Of a DNA stretch of 64,000 nucleotides, positions 1-12,598 are shown piece by piece. Both the position numbers and the translations under genes were made by a program. The notes under the pieces are model-generated. The model made no database searches. It saw nothing but the letters and a program-made list of their open reading frames with translations, and was not told where the DNA came from. Origin of the DNA: Neodothiora populina (lineage: Eukaryota); the NCBI RefSeq assembly GCF_041146345.1, contig NW_027191411.1, forward strand, positions 806,001 through 870,000, in the 5' to 3' direction. Position 1 is the stretch's first letter. The number at the start of each line of letters is the position of its first letter.

Positions 1-1
1 C

Positions 2-117
2 GAGACAACAGAGACGAAAAGGGGAGAAGCAGCAAGAGAAGAAGAAGAAGAAGAAGAAGAAGAAGAAGAAGAAGAAGACTACTTCTCCGCCATCGACAGA
101 TTAATCAATGGCAATTC

Positions 118-149
<32 letters not shown>

Positions 150-541
150 TGTACAACAGCAGCGACAAAAACGCGCACATGAACGAAACAAGAGACGACA
201 GACCTCAAAACAAAAACAATGCCGCCTCCTTGCCGATCCTCAGTCTGACACTAGGCTGCTCCTCTCCTTCTTCGACGACATCAGCGACGTTATCATGCCT
301 GGCGGAATCCACGTTATGGTTCAAACGCCGCTTCCCATCTTCATGCATATCATCGACGGAGGAAACGAGAGGACAGCCGCAGGACCACGAGCAGCGCGAG
401 TCAGCCAATGTAATAACGAGGATGGAAACAATGGCAGCGACGACGACGACGACGAGGAGACCGGGAAAACGTAAATTACGCCTCGCAGGCCAGAGAATCA
501 AAGACTTGCAAGATTCAGGCAAGGGCTTTTTCGGGGTTTGA
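2..541 (+). CDS. Probable 3' end of a gene entering from upstream of the window; low-complexity protein with poly-E and poly-D tracts
   Basis: Frame 2 is open from the window edge to TGA at 539-541. The (GAA)13 and (GAC)10 tracts are both in this frame. No recognisable domain. Confidence 0.4.
38..148 (+). repeat. Trinucleotide microsatellites (GAA)13 at 38-76 and (GAC)10 at 119-148
   Basis: Directly visible. Confidence 0.95.
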
Positions 542-954
542 CGAGGGGCTTGGCATTCTTCGTCTTCGACTATGATGATGATGGTAATGGTAGTGATGAA
601 CAGAGACATGTTTCCATCTTCCTCCTTCTCCCTCTCTATCTTCGGACTTTGGGGGAAGAAAAAAAGAAAAGGAACAGAGGACAGCGAGATGATGTGAGCA
701 TCATATCACTTTGTAACAGAGATATGGGGGTCATGATGATTGTGAGGTTTGTTTGCTTGTTCTTTATGTACATGATATGATATAGTGTTTTGTGTTTAAA
801 GCGTAAAGTGTGAATTGTTGAGCAATCGAGAAGGAGAGAGAGATGAGAAACAGGGAGTCAAATCAAGGCCTGTGGCAGAAGAGAAAATGGGACCAAGGGC
901 CAACTATCGTAGGTATACATACAAGAGACGAAACGAAAAGGGGCAAGGGGATCA

Positions 955-2757
955 TCATACGCCAGAGTAAACCGCGGTGCAAGCCCTGCCGCACTCGACC
1001 CTCTGCTCCATACTCACCTTGCGACCATCGGGCAACCTGACCGTCGACCGCGGCGTGATCTGGAACCTGTGCTCTTCTCCCCTCCTGATTTTCTTCTCTG
1101 CCACCTGATCCAGCGGCTGGATATAGAGGGGCGTGTTGACGTTGTTCCTCTTGCCGGTGCCTAATTGGTAATGCTCGTTTCCGCCCCAGAACAGGATGTC
1201 CGCGCCCCAGTTGGTGTCGTTCTCGGAACTCGAGGATGCTGCCGAAGCGCTGGTGTATGTGACGTTGGCCATGACGGCCGCTGCGTGCGTGGCGCCTGCC
1301 GATAGGCGCGAGAGACGGATGGGCACCGTCTTGTTGTTGATCTCGTCGTATTCGAACAGCGAGGAAAAGGCGGGCATCTTGGTCGGCGTGGGCTGCACGT
1401 GGGTCCATCTGCTGTTGCCCAGTGTGCCGTAGATACCCGAGCCGAATGCGAAAGTGTCTGCCGTCACGCGCCCGAGTCCGCGCATGTCGTCGGAGCCCTG
1501 AGAGGCGACTTTGGTGGCGTCGACGGCCATGTACGAGTTGTTGCCGCCTGCTGCGATCTTGGTCACGACGGGGACTTGCCATGTACCGGCATAGAGCTTC
1601 TGGGTGGGGACGAGGGCGGGATTGTCGATGACGGCGGACTCGGAGGTGTACTCGAAACCCAGTTGTCCCGAGGAGTTGTCGCCGAATGCGAAAAGGCGGC
1701 CGTCTTTGTCGAGGGCGAGACTGTGGTAGTCTCCGCATGCGACCTGGGAAATCTCAAAGCCTTTTAGAGTGGTGATCTCGTGGGGCTGATCGAAGGGGCC
1801 TGGGGGCTTGGTCATCCAGGTCAGTCCCGGAATGCCCATCTGTCCTCGCTCGGGAAAGGAATCCGTGGCCGAGGCGGCGGAAAAGACACGGCCCTTGGAC
1901 GTCAACAACAAAGCATGCTCTTGCCCACCCGCCACGCTCTTGATCTTCTCGTTCCACGTCAGGTCCTTGGGTTGCAGGGTTCTGTAGCTGATGGGCGCAG
2001 TCGAGGACCAGAAGGGGATCCAGCTGCTCTCGGATCGCTTGACGCCGGTGGCCTGGTCCTCGGCAGACACGGGAACATTGTAGACGGTGCCAGAAGAGGA
2101 AAGGGCGAGGATGCGGTCCTTGGAGACAGCTAGAGAAATCAGATCCTTGCCCTTGAGGGTGTGCGTAGGGCTCGTCGTTTCTCTCGAGTATGCGACACCC
2201 CACTGCAGTAGATTGCCTTTTTCGTCAACCGCAGCGCCAAAATTACGGTCGAGCTTGATGTCACGGAGCAGCTTTCCATCAAAGAATGGTATGCGTCGCG
2301 GACTCTTGATGAAGGCGTCGGGGGAATCGGGGGCGACGACTCGGCCGGTGTTGCTTCCCCAGGCGTAGACTCCCGGATCCTCCCACGACCTCTTGACCTG
2401 CAGATGCTGCGAGCTGATGGCGTCTCTCGTCTCTTCCTTTGACGCACCGACCTTCTTCCGCCTCTTCTCGAACACCGGCTCCGCCTCGTCGTCTTGAGGA
2501 GCGGCCTCGGCGTGCACCTCTCTGATTATGCGGCCATTGTGAAGATAGTACTGAGAGGCAGTGGCCAAGCCGCCGGCTAGGGCTACAAAGGCCACGGATC
2601 TGACCAGGTGCTGCTGTTGACGCTCGGCACGGGAGGCGGCAGTGGCCACTCGAGAGGCAGAGGGTGCGCGGCTTCGGGACTGGAGAGATGCTCTGGTGAA
2701 GGCGGCTTTCTTGACGGGTGCGTTCAATGGCTTGGGGTTGATCCTGCTGGCAAGCAT
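955..2757 (-). CDS. FMP25: Mitochondrial RCC1-repeat (beta-propeller) protein, Fmp25-like, ~600 aa, intronless
   Basis: ATG at 2757 (MLASRINPK) starts an Arg/Ser/Ala-rich presequence, followed by a TM segment (VAFVALAGGLATA). RCC1 repeats include VYAWGSN, VAGGQEHALLL, VACGDYHSLAL, FAFGDNSSGQLG and WGGNEHYQLG. Confidence 0.85.
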   Translation of the reverse strand: MLASRINPKPLNAPVKKAAFTRASLQSRSRAPSASRVATAASRAERQQQHLVRSVAFVALAGGLATASQYYLHNGRIIREVHAEAAPQDDEAEPVFEKRRKKVGASKEETRDAISSQHLQVKRSWEDPGVYAWGSNTGRVVAPDSPDAFIKSPRRIPFFDGKLLRDIKLDRNFGAAVDEKGNLLQWGVAYSRETTSPTHTLKGKDLISLAVSKDRILALSSSGTVYNVPVSAEDQATGVKRSESSWIPFWSSTAPISYRTLQPKDLTWNEKIKSVAGGQEHALLLTSKGRVFSAASATDSFPERGQMGIPGLTWMTKPPGPFDQPHEITTLKGFEISQVACGDYHSLALDKDGRLFAFGDNSSGQLGFEYTSESAVIDNPALVPTQKLYAGTWQVPVVTKIAAGGNNSYMAVDATKVASQGSDDMRGLGRVTADTFAFGSGIYGTLGNSRWTHVQPTPTKMPAFSSLFEYDEINNKTVPIRLSRLSAGATHAAAVMANVTYTSASAASSSSENDTNWGADILFWGGNEHYQLGTGKRNNVNTPLYIQPLDQVAEKKIRRGEEHRFQITPRSTVRLPDGRKVSMEQRVECGRACTAVYSGV

Positions 2758-2989
2758 CTTTTGGTCGGTGCAAAGATCGGCCTGGAGAGATTGAATTGAT
2801 GAACAGGAAATGGGAACACAGAAGCAAAGTCGAGGAGAGATGGAAATCAGCTCCCAGCAACAATTGTCTCGTCTGCCATTGGCCGAACCCCACAGAATCG
2901 ACCATCGCGGACCCTTCGATGATCTCACGATTCAGAGGCCCGAGCTCTTCTTTTCTGTTTCCACCTACTTCGTAGTCCCATGCAAGTGC

Positions 2990-3039
2990 CTTGCATCTTG
3001 TACCTTGTACCTTGTATCTTGTACCTTGTACCTTGGTAC
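2990..3039. repeat. Degenerate 7-bp tandem repeat (CTTGTAC)~6-7 in the FMP25/COG3 divergent promoter
   Basis: cttgcat cttgtac cttgtac cttgtat cttgtac cttgtac cttggtac. Confidence 0.85.
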
Positions 3040-3282
3040 AAAGATACCTCTAGATTACCTCAGGTAGTTCCAGATAGCGGCTGCCGGCTCAGCCCTCGTC
3101 GAGTGTTGCTTTGGTCAGGGTCACTGATCATCATCAAACAACTGAAGCATTACGGAGTAATCTTTGGGCTGTACAAAGGTATATCACCATACACCAAGAT
3201 ATCAAAACAACACCGCACCCCAAAATTGCCCCCTCCTCTGCATTCGTGTTTGCATCTGCACGCCGCTGCCGCAACACCCAAC

Positions 3283-6019
3283 ATGGACGACTGGTACGGC
3301 GCCTTCGTCCCCGCCGCAAGCACCGCCGACGACAAGTCAAAACACAAGCGCAGAGCTTCGTTATTGCAGCAACCCAATGTAAGCGCGCCACAGAACAAAA
3401 CAAAGAGGGCAGGTCTTTTCTGATCTTTGATGCACCCTCGCAGGACTCGGACAAGACTGATGCTGTAGCAGTAGTGGAGCCACCCGTCGTCGAACTCGAC
3501 GAGGAAGTCAGTCTCCTCGACGGCCCTCCTGAAGCCACCTTGGCCCGTCGCGCCCAGTCCTACACCGACTTCCACCATGCTCTGCTGGCCAACACGAACA
3601 AGACCAAGGCCAAGAAGCTGCACCACGGCAGGAAGACAAGTCTGGACTTTGCCTCTGCCCATGGCTCCTCTCTCCGCTCCGACCTTGAATTCGCCGATTG
3701 GTACATGCATCTCGAGGACGAGCTGCTGGAAGAAAGTCACCGCGACTACGCTTGCTATCAGGAGGAGCTGCAGCTCTCTCACGACCACCTCGACTCTCTG
3801 CTCGCCAGCACAAGCTCGACCCTGAGCCTCTTGTCTTCGCTGTCCGACTCGTTCAAGGCGGTCGAGGCCCAGACCACCGCGTTCCAAGCCCAGTGCGAGT
3901 CGCTCGTCACTGAACAGCGCCGTGTCACCGCCCTGGCCGACGACGTCGCCGACAACCTGCGCTACTATGCCTACCTCGAGCCCATGACCAGGAGACTCAA
4001 TGCTCCCGGCGCCACCAACTTGGTCCGCGACAAGGACTTTCCTGAAATGCTGGCCAACCTGGACAATTGTCTCGAGTACATGCAGGAGCATCCCGCCCAC
4101 AGCGAAGCCGCCACATATCGTTCTCGCTATCGTCTGTTGCTCACGCGAGCTCTGACTCTGATCCGCGTCCACTTTACAAACTCTCTACGTTCTCTGGCCG
4201 CCGACGTCTCCCAGCGCATCGCCGACAAGCAGCTCAATGACACCACGCAAGCTGCTCTGCTGTATGCCAAGTTCAGAGTCGGCGCTCCCGAACTAAAGCA
4301 GCTCGGTTACGAGATCCAGAAGCGAGCCGTCCTGGCGCCTGGAGCCGACGCCGGCGGCGAGGCCGAATACCAGAGTCTTGTCAACGAACTCCACCAGAGC
4401 TACTCGACCACCAGAGGCAGGCTTCTGTTTCCCATCATCACTCGTCGCATGCACGAAATCGCAGCACTGGACGATGCCGCCGGCGATCTTGTCACTTTCG
4501 CCCGCAGCGCCATAGGTTTTGTGCGCGGAATCTGCTTGGACGAGCACGATCTGTGGAACGACTGGTTCTCTGGCTCCGACGGTCTGTACGAGTTTCTTGA
4601 TGCCCTGTTCGAGCCCCTGTATGATCATCTGCGACCCAAAACCATCCACGAGACCCGCATCTTGAGACTCTGCGAGCTATGCACCTTTATCCAGACGCGC
4701 TTCATGGAAGAAGAGGACGAGGACGACATCGACTCTCCCAGTGAGGGCCGACCGCCGAAGAAGGGCCTCGATTTTGCCCCCTTGATCCAGCCTGCCCTCG
4801 AAGACGCTCAGACACGACTCGTCTTTCTGGCTCAGGCTGTCCTGCGAGACGACATCGAAAACTACAAACCCACACCCCAAGACTTGGACTACCCCGCCAC
4901 AGCGAGACGAGCATCGACCGTCACGACGACGGGCAAACGCGTGCCTCTGTCTGGACGGAAGGGGTCTGCCGATGCGCAGTCTGCGATACCGAAGACGCCC
5001 ATGATCGTCGATGAAGATGACGGAGGCGCCAGCGTGTTCGAGTCGCAATTCGGCAATGTGGAAAAGCAATCGACGACTTCGTATCCGACGTTGCGCAAAG
5101 CAGCGTGGCTTCTGAGTCGCATCTACCGACTGGTCAACGTACGTCTAATTTGATTTCAACAAAGACCAGACCAGCAACTAACGGGAAACCACAGTCCACC
5201 GTCTTCGACGACCTGGCCCACAGAATCGTGCACAGCACGACCCAATCGCTCGTGACAGCCTCCCTCCACATCTCGCGCCAAAGCTCCCCAACCGACGCCC
5301 GACTGTTCCTGATCTCGCATCTGCTCAGACTAAAACAACAAATCGTAGCCTTCGACATCGAATACGTGACCTCATCCCCCGAAATCTCCTTTGACTTTTC
5401 CGCCTTGACCAACAAGTTCTACGAGATCAAAGGCAAAGGCATAATCGGCGGGTTATGGAACCCGACAGCATGGGTCAAAATCGCCGTGTCCTCAGGCGGA
5501 GGGCTGTTGGTTCCAAAAGTGGTCGAGAACATGCTCGACGCCAAAGTCGAGCTAGACGGCCGGCTGAGGAGCGTCATCAACGACTTTGTGACGGCCTACT
5601 CGTCGCGCATCACCGCGCCGCTGTCGCATTTCCACCAAGAGCATCTCTCATCCTCTAGAACCAACGAAGACGCAGAAGATCAAGACCTCAACACGGCAGC
5701 GAACAAAGCGACCGTCGCCGCCCGCGGCATCGCGCAGAAGGAAATCGTCACCCTCCGCAGACGCCTAGACGAATACATCGAGGACGCGCGCACGCGCGAG
5801 ACGCTCGTCGCCGCCGTGCGCGACCAGGTCATCCTGTCGTACGAGGAGTGGATCGAGAGGAACGTCTCTGCAAATAACGAAAAGATCAAGATCGCCAAGA
5901 TGAACAAGAAGGGAAAGGGCAGGGAGGACGAGGTCTGGGCTGCGGATGTCTTTGCTGAGTGGTGTGACGCGACTTTTGCCGTTGGGAATGTGGTTGCCTC
6001 TGGCGGCGCTGAGGAATGA
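3283..6019 (+). CDS. COG3: Conserved oligomeric Golgi complex subunit 3 (Sec34). Exons 3283-3378, 3444-5138, 5195-6019
   Basis: Sec34-type motifs LRYYAYLEPMTRRLN, YRSRYRLLLTRALTLIR, LEDAQTRLVF, YPTLRKAAWLLSRIYRLVN|STVFDDLAH and LFLISHLLRLKQQI. Both introns (GTAAGC..CAG and GTACGT..CTAAC..CAG) preserve frame. Confidence 0.93.
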
Positions 6020-6302
6020 GTTCGCTGAGTCGGGGCGGGCTGTTCTTTTTGCTCGACATGGCGGAATGTGACGTTGGAGAATGTGGGCGCATGTGGTGGC
6101 TGTTCTGTATAGATCTAGACAAAAGCTCGGATACTCTATGCAATGAGGGAGAGTTGGCAGGATATGTACACTGCATGCTGTATTCGACTCTAGATCGTTC
6201 TATTCCCAAGATCACGTGGGTTCCTGTACATACTCAAAAGAACGACTATCCGGCTCTCGTGAAAGCTGGCCTCGTCTTTCTTTGCTCCATCAAGCAACGT
6301 GA

Positions 6303-7496
6303 TCACGCCTCTCCAAAGTCCGTATGGCCCGTCTTCATAGCATGCTCACTCGCCGCCTTCTCGCCCTTGCCCTTCCACCCACACACCCCACATCTGATAC
6401 TGAACCCCTTGGTATCAGTATAATAATGTCTCTTCTGCAGCACCTTGCACAACTCCCTCGCGCCCTCGAGCGCGCCGCCATCTTCCTGCTCTTCCAGCTC
6501 ACCAGTGAAAAACGTCGCGACTTCGAAAATCTTGCGGTCTTGGTCGCCCGTCGACGACGTGTTATCTACCGGCTCGAGGGCGATGACGTCGTAGTGGATG
6601 CCAGAGTAGACGAGGATGCACCTGCGCGAGACGTCAGGCGAGTCGTTGAAGCGGTCGACGCGCAGGTCCTGCACATTGACGCTGCAGACCTCGACGCCGA
6701 AGAACTGCGATAGAATGCTCAGCTCGATGCCGCCGCCCCAGGAGTCCGGCCGCTGGATCCACGCGCAGTAGGCCGAGGGCTCTTTGTCCAGTAGTGCGGA
6801 TGTGTAGAAGTCTGGGTTCGAGGATATGGTTTCGGCGACGATGGAGCGCAATTCGGTCACGGGGTCGAGAGAGGATCCGAGGACTGCTGAGCCTAGGGCG
6901 CGGAAGAGACACGAGTTGTCGTCGGGCATTATGCGCAGGACTAGAGTGCCTGAGAGCGAGGGAAGAGGGATGCTGGGCGGGTCGAGGGTGATGTCGTCGT
7001 GGGGCTTCTTGGTCAGCGAGAGTGGTGATTGTGCCGTCGTCGCATGGTGTGCTGGTTGTGGTTGATGGGGAGAAGAAGAGTCACCCGGCTTGTGTTGGAG
7101 AGGCGACAAGTCTCTCAGTCGAGGGAGTATAGCATGGCTTCCTGCTGTTGTCGACGTGTGCGTGTTGCCCATTGCGCTAGTACTGCCACTGCCACTGCCA
7201 CTGCCACTGCCACTGCCACTGCCGCGCCCGTGGGACATGGGACGGTCGAGCTTGGATTGTACGTCGCGTGGGTTAACGATGAGTTGCTCGCCGTCTAGCT
7301 CGACGCCTACATGGCCGAGGGCGAGACCGTCGTCGAAGGAAGTCGTGTCCAGCGGCTGCGGCGGGTAGCCGTACTTCAGGTCAAAGTCGGCGACGTTGGT
7401 CTTCTGGGAGATCTCATGTTTGAGGTGACCCCACGTGGCGGAATCGGGCAGAGTCAGTTGGGTCATGCCTGACGGCCCACGGATCCGGAGGCGCAT
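6303..7496 (-). CDS. OTU1: Ubiquitin thioesterase OTU1/YOD1 (UBL + OTU + C2H2 zinc finger), 397 aa
   Basis: N-terminal MRLRIRGPSG...LKYGYPPQ, catalytic PDDNSCLF, WGGGIEL, YSGIHYD, and C-terminal CxxC...HxxxxxH. Confidence 0.93.
   Translation of the reverse strand: MRLRIRGPSGMTQLTLPDSATWGHLKHEISQKTNVADFDLKYGYPPQPLDTTSFDDGLALGHVGVELDGEQLIVNPRDVQSKLDRPMSHGRGSGSGSGSGSGSGSTSAMGNTHTSTTAGSHAILPRLRDLSPLQHKPGDSSSPHQPQPAHHATTAQSPLSLTKKPHDDITLDPPSIPLPSLSGTLVLRIMPDDNSCLFRALGSAVLGSSLDPVTELRSIVAETISSNPDFYTSALLDKEPSAYCAWIQRPDSWGGGIELSILSQFFGVEVCSVNVQDLRVDRFNDSPDVSRRCILVYSGIHYDVIALEPVDNTSSTGDQDRKIFEVATFFTGELEEQEDGGALEGARELCKVLQKRHYYTDTKGFSIRCGVCGWKGKGEKAASEHAMKTGHTDFGEA
7182..7223 (-). repeat. (ACTGCC)7 hexamer encoding a (GS)7 linker in OTU1
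   Basis: Directly visible. Confidence 0.9.
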
Positions 7497-8132
7497 TGTC
7501 TAAGGCAGTCTAGTGTCTCGTCTGGGCGTTCCCCCGATGGATGGTGTGCTGCCAAATGCGAGTTCCTGGAAAGATACTGCCAGACAGATATCAGTGTGAG
7601 CACATGCCCGATCAGGAAGGAGCGGCATCGGTGGCTAAGATGATCTGGAAGCTAAGGTAGCTACTGTACTGTAGCCTCTGTACTTACTATCTGCGGTCTG
7701 GCGTGTTTCCCTTCCAGCCTTCCGGCACAGCAGCAACAACGTGATGAATAGTCGAATCTACAAGCGAACTGACAAGATTGCGTGACAACCATTAGTACCT
7801 TACCTTACCTCAGGGCATGAACAGCGGCTGCGGCGCAAGGGCGATCACAAGACAGGAACATCAACGGATGACGTGGGATCGGACTTTACCCTGTCAGCGA
7901 GAGACAAACGCCGACGAACACGAGTCACGACGTGCAGATGACCGAAAACAAGCGTGTCAGGCGTTTCGAACTTCACGTCTTCCTGTCTTCCTCGCGCCAG
8001 AGACGCGATTCCAAGACTCAAGCTTCCATTGATCCCATTGTTCCATCTATCCATGGAACCACGCATTGCCAGCAACAACATCGTCGCAGACATCTTATAA
8101 TGCGACCCTGATCAAACACTTCATCCGCCATC

Positions 8133-10939
8133 ATGTCACAACAAGGAGCAGGGAGCCCGGACGAGACCCCGGTGCCTTCTACCGAACCCAACCCTGCCAA
8201 TGCGCCCTCGTCCCCTTCATTACCCGAGGAGGAATGGACTGCGATGCAGGACATGCTGAATTACATCTACGACTATAGAACTGCCGGGTATGTTTGTCCC
8301 CATCGTTTTGCGCTCAGTGCGCATTGCTCACCCACCCACCACCAGTGATTACGACCCGTCCAAAGTCTTCCATCGCAAGGTCAACAAGCGCGCCATCCCC
8401 GACTACTACGATGTCATCAAGGAACCCATTGCTATGAGCACCATCAAGGCCAAAATAAACAATCGCGAGTACAAACACTTTACCCACTTCGTCCGCGACT
8501 TTGCCCTTATTTCGCACAACGCCCAGGTCTACAATCGTCCCAACGCCGGTGTCTACCAGGATGCGCTCACTGTCCGGTCGCTGGTCGAAGAACAACTAAA
8601 GAAACTGGTGGACAAGAAGGTCATTACGGGAGACATGGCCAAGATTCCTTATCTCGGAGAGATTCCCGCCCAAGACGACCTGCCAATGGACGAAGACGAG
8701 GGCGACGACGACGACGATGACGACGACGACGAGGGAGAGGAAGATGATGACGACGATGACGACGGCGGCAAGAAGAAGCGACGTCGCGCGAGTCGAGCGA
8801 CCAAGGGCGACAGAGGCACAGACAAGGCCGAGGATCACGACACAAGGAGAAAGCGAGGCCGACCGCCAAAGGTCTTGACTCCAACCGAGGCACGAATCAA
8901 CGCCATACTCAAGGGCCTGAGGAAACCTAGGAATCAAGCGGGCCAGATGATGATCAACTCCTTCGAACGTCTTCCTGACAAGGCAGTTATGCCCGAGTAC
9001 TTCAATGAGATCAAGAACCCAATGGCCTTTGACGTGCTCAAGCGCAAGATGAAAAGAAAAAAGTATCAGCACCTGGAGCAGTTCATCAAGGACGTCCATC
9101 TCATGTTCGAAAACGCAAAGGAGTACAATCTCGACGACAGCCAGATATACAAAGACGCCGTTCACCTGCAAGAGGAGGCGCACCGTCTGGCGCAAGAAGA
9201 GACGGCCAAGCCAGACTCCGAGTACGCCATGGACGAAGGCAGGATGCCCATGCCAAACGGCATACTCCACAACGGCGAGCTGTACAAGGTCGGAGACTGG
9301 GTGCATATCCAGAACGTCAATGACTTGACAAAACCCATCCCCTGCCAGATCTACCGTACTTGGCAAGACGCCGAGGCTGGGCAATTCGTCAATGTCTGCT
9401 GGTATTACCGTCCCGAGCAGACTGTGCACAGGTTCGACAAGCACTTTCTGGAGAACGAGGTCGTCAAAACAGGGCAATACAGAGACCATCGCGTCGATGA
9501 GATAGTCGATCGCTGCTTCATCATGTTCTTCACACGCTACTACAAGGGCAGACCGCGCGGGCTTTCTCCAGACAAGGAGGTCTATGTCTGTCAGGCTCGG
9601 TACAACGAGGAAAAATTCAAGTTCAACAAAATCAAAACGTGGGCGAGCTGTTTGCCCGACGAGGTCAGAGACAAAGACTACGAGATGGATCTTTTCGCCG
9701 TCCCCAGAAAAATGAAAAAGGTCCCCTCTCCCATCGCATATCTACTCAAGGACACCATGACGGAAAACGACGAGCCACCCAAGCCAGCATGGGGCGCAGA
9801 CAACGCACCTCCCAAGATTGGTGCTGTCCACAAGAAGCCCCGTGACCCTCAAGTAAGTTTGTCATAGTCAGAACACTACCACTGTTTATACTGATGACTT
9901 GTGCCAGGAGTCTCCGCCGCCCCAGCCGACCCCAACACCGCCGCCTCAGACAGCACCCACGCCGGCAATGCGCCAAGCATCACTAACACGCATGTCACCC
10001 CATGTGGCCCAGAGTCACTCACCGATGCCTATGGCAACTTCTCACACAGGTGCTTCAATGCCGAATGTCCCGACGCCTGCAGCTGCGAGACCAGCCGCAA
10101 TGACGCGCCCTTCAAACACCCCAGCACCACAGAGATACCCTCAGCAGTCCATGTCACCGGCGCCAGCCTTGCAACGCGCTCTATCAGGACAAGCGAGTAA
10201 CTTCAACAATGCTCCCTCCACCCCCCAGCAGCAACTCCCCACAGCCTCTCTATCACGCACGGCAGCGCACCCATCCACATACGCCGCCAATTCCTCCACA
10301 GCCCCAACGGCTCCGGTAGGGACTCCCGCCCAGCAAACGAACCATCCCATCCAGCCACCGCGCCCGACAACATCGTCATATCGCGACCCTGCCCCAATAG
10401 AAGTGTACACCCTTCCAGACGTCGCCAATGCCAGCATCCCGCCCTCCGTCCGCCAGCAATTCGAACAAGACGACCAAGGCCGGGTGCTCTTCTTCACCGC
10501 GCCACCAATGTATCTAGCCGCCGACGACGACAAGTCCGCGAAGAACTTGGCCCACAGCATCCGCTTCCTCGCCGACCGCGCGCGCCGCAGAGACGAAATC
10601 GCCCGCAAACGAAAAGCATACGAAGACAGCAAGGCGGACGCGCAGAAAGCGGCGAAGAGGGCTAGACTCCAGGACGCGAGATCCGTGGCGCAGAAGCGAG
10701 AAGAATCGAGGCAAGAAGCGCTGGCTGCGCTTGAAGAGCAACTCGTCGAGGGCGCCAGACGCAGACTGCGAGGCGCGTATGGCGATGCGGAGTGGAAGAA
10801 GGGGTTAGACAAGGAATTGGATCTTCTGGAGGCGGAGCAGAGGGAGGCGCTCGAGAGGAGGAGACTCGTCGAGGAACATGAGCGGGACAAGGCTGAGAGT
10901 AGATGTGTCAAGCTCGGGTCTGCGGGTACGCTTTTGTAG
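8133..10939 (+). CDS. RSC1: RSC chromatin-remodelling subunit Rsc1/Rsc2-like (two bromodomains, AT-hook, BAH). Exons 8133-8287, 8346-9852, 9908-10939
   Basis: Bromodomain 1 (PDYYDVIKEPI..NAQVYN), AT-hook KRGRPP, bromodomain 2 (PEYFNEIKNPM..NAKEYN), BAH (VGDWVHI..WYYRPEQT..YVCQARY) and C-terminal GRVLFFTAPP. Canonical introns preserve frame. Confidence 0.9.
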
Positions 10940-12598
10940 GGGTTTAGAGGCCTACCGTATCACTTTTCTTCACCTATGCGATCGACATGCTCGGTCTTTT
11001 CAGAGTATGTTAGAATAGAATTCAATTAACGGGCATTGCACCTTCTGGTCCTAGAACACCTTATTCAAGCAATCAAAGAAGAGATAAAATCAAGAAGAAG
11101 AAGAAGAAGGAACCCTCGACGCGACACTAAGACTCGACGAGATTTATTGCTGACTACCTGCCTTACCTACCTTACCATACCATATCTTACCGTATATGCA
11201 GAGCAGAGGACGACGCAAACGGCAGGCGCATGTGTATATCCCACGCGTGTTTTATTGTCTTTCTTCCTACCACTGTACCTTTGCCTCGAGTGTTGTCCAT
11301 TGCGCGTCGAGTCTATACATCTAGTAGCTTCGACCAACAAGTCTTGATCACCGCAGAGTACCTAAATGCCTATACATGCGAATAAGACACGCGCACTCGA
11401 GTAAAGAACACGCGCAAAAGAATCGTCGTCTACGACTTACCACCCTTCATGCCTACTCATCCCATGATACCGCGCTTTTCTTCGCGCGTACTGTACCTAC
11501 AGATTGTCTCGTACTGCACATCGAGATGATCACACAATAAACGCGAATAAACGCGAAACACCCATCATGACGCGCAGTCGCGAACGCGCAGTCGCGGAAT
11601 GAAACAAACGTCGTCGAGCAGACGAAGCGAAGAAAGAAAAGAAGAAAAGAAAGTAGAAAGTGGGAAAGACGACGAGGCTGAAGGCAGGCCCGCAGATAGC
11701 AATCAATCGCAGCCGTAGCCGGGGCATGCTCGCCATGGCATGAAGTTCCACGACGCGACCGCGACCGACCGACTGACTGACAAGCGAGACTTTTTCGCTT
11801 ACGGCTCGCTTTTGGCCAGCACGGGCCTTGCTTCTTATCGTTCGTTAGCCCGTCTGGGGTGCATCCCATTCGGTCCCTCATCCCATGATACAGTAAGGTA
11901 ATTACACGAAAGCAAGCAAAGGCAGGCAGGCAAAGGCACCTCATGGAAATGGGCGGATTGTTGAGCTGGCTGGCTGGCTGGCTGGCTAGGCCCGGGATAC
12001 TGTACGTGCAACGAGGTAATGTATGACGGTATCTTTTGTTATTTACTGCTGACACACACGACTACTGCGTGGAAAAGAAAGTTCAATACGTTGAGTCGGG
12101 ATCTTGGTCATGTGGTCCTTTTGGTGCTTGGCCAATCATTCTTGGGCGCAAGGATTGGGCGTTGCCGTGGCCTTTCTATGTGGGAGGAGAGAAGTGAGGG
12201 AAGGGGGGGAGAGGGAAGCACGAGTAGAAAAGGAAAACATGGGGGATGGACGAGAAACGAGCAGCAGAGCAGAGCAGAGCAGAGCAGCATGTGTCGCGAG
12301 AGAGACGAAGAGACATCAAGCTGGTGCACACGAAAGAGTTCCAAGGTGCTCAAAGCGGTTTAGCGGAAAGTGCAAGAAGCAACAAGATCACAACGCTGCG
12401 TCGCTCGGAAGTATATAGCGGCGAAGCCCCGCCAGTGCCGCCCGCGCGACGCCCTAGGTTTCCTCCCCCCGATTAGTTGACATTTGCAAACGCGACCGCC
12501 ATTCTCTTGCTCAAGACGCGTCTTTGTGCATTCTCTCGACCCATCGTTCGAAAGTTCAGACCCGGTTTTATATTCCAGTCGTGTTAGATTCTCTAAAA

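Noticed and set aside
2758..2928. N-terminal extension of FMP25 in the ORF track
   Set aside because: It begins at a non-ATG codon, whereas the ATG at 2757 gives a typical mitochondrial presequence.
3111..3443. N-terminus of the 680-aa ORF as the COG3 start
   Set aside because: It has a non-ATG start and reads through the intron. A spliced first exon from ATG 3283 is more plausible.
11963..12288. (GCTG)n and (GAGCA)n tracts
   Set aside because: Ordinary short microsatellites.
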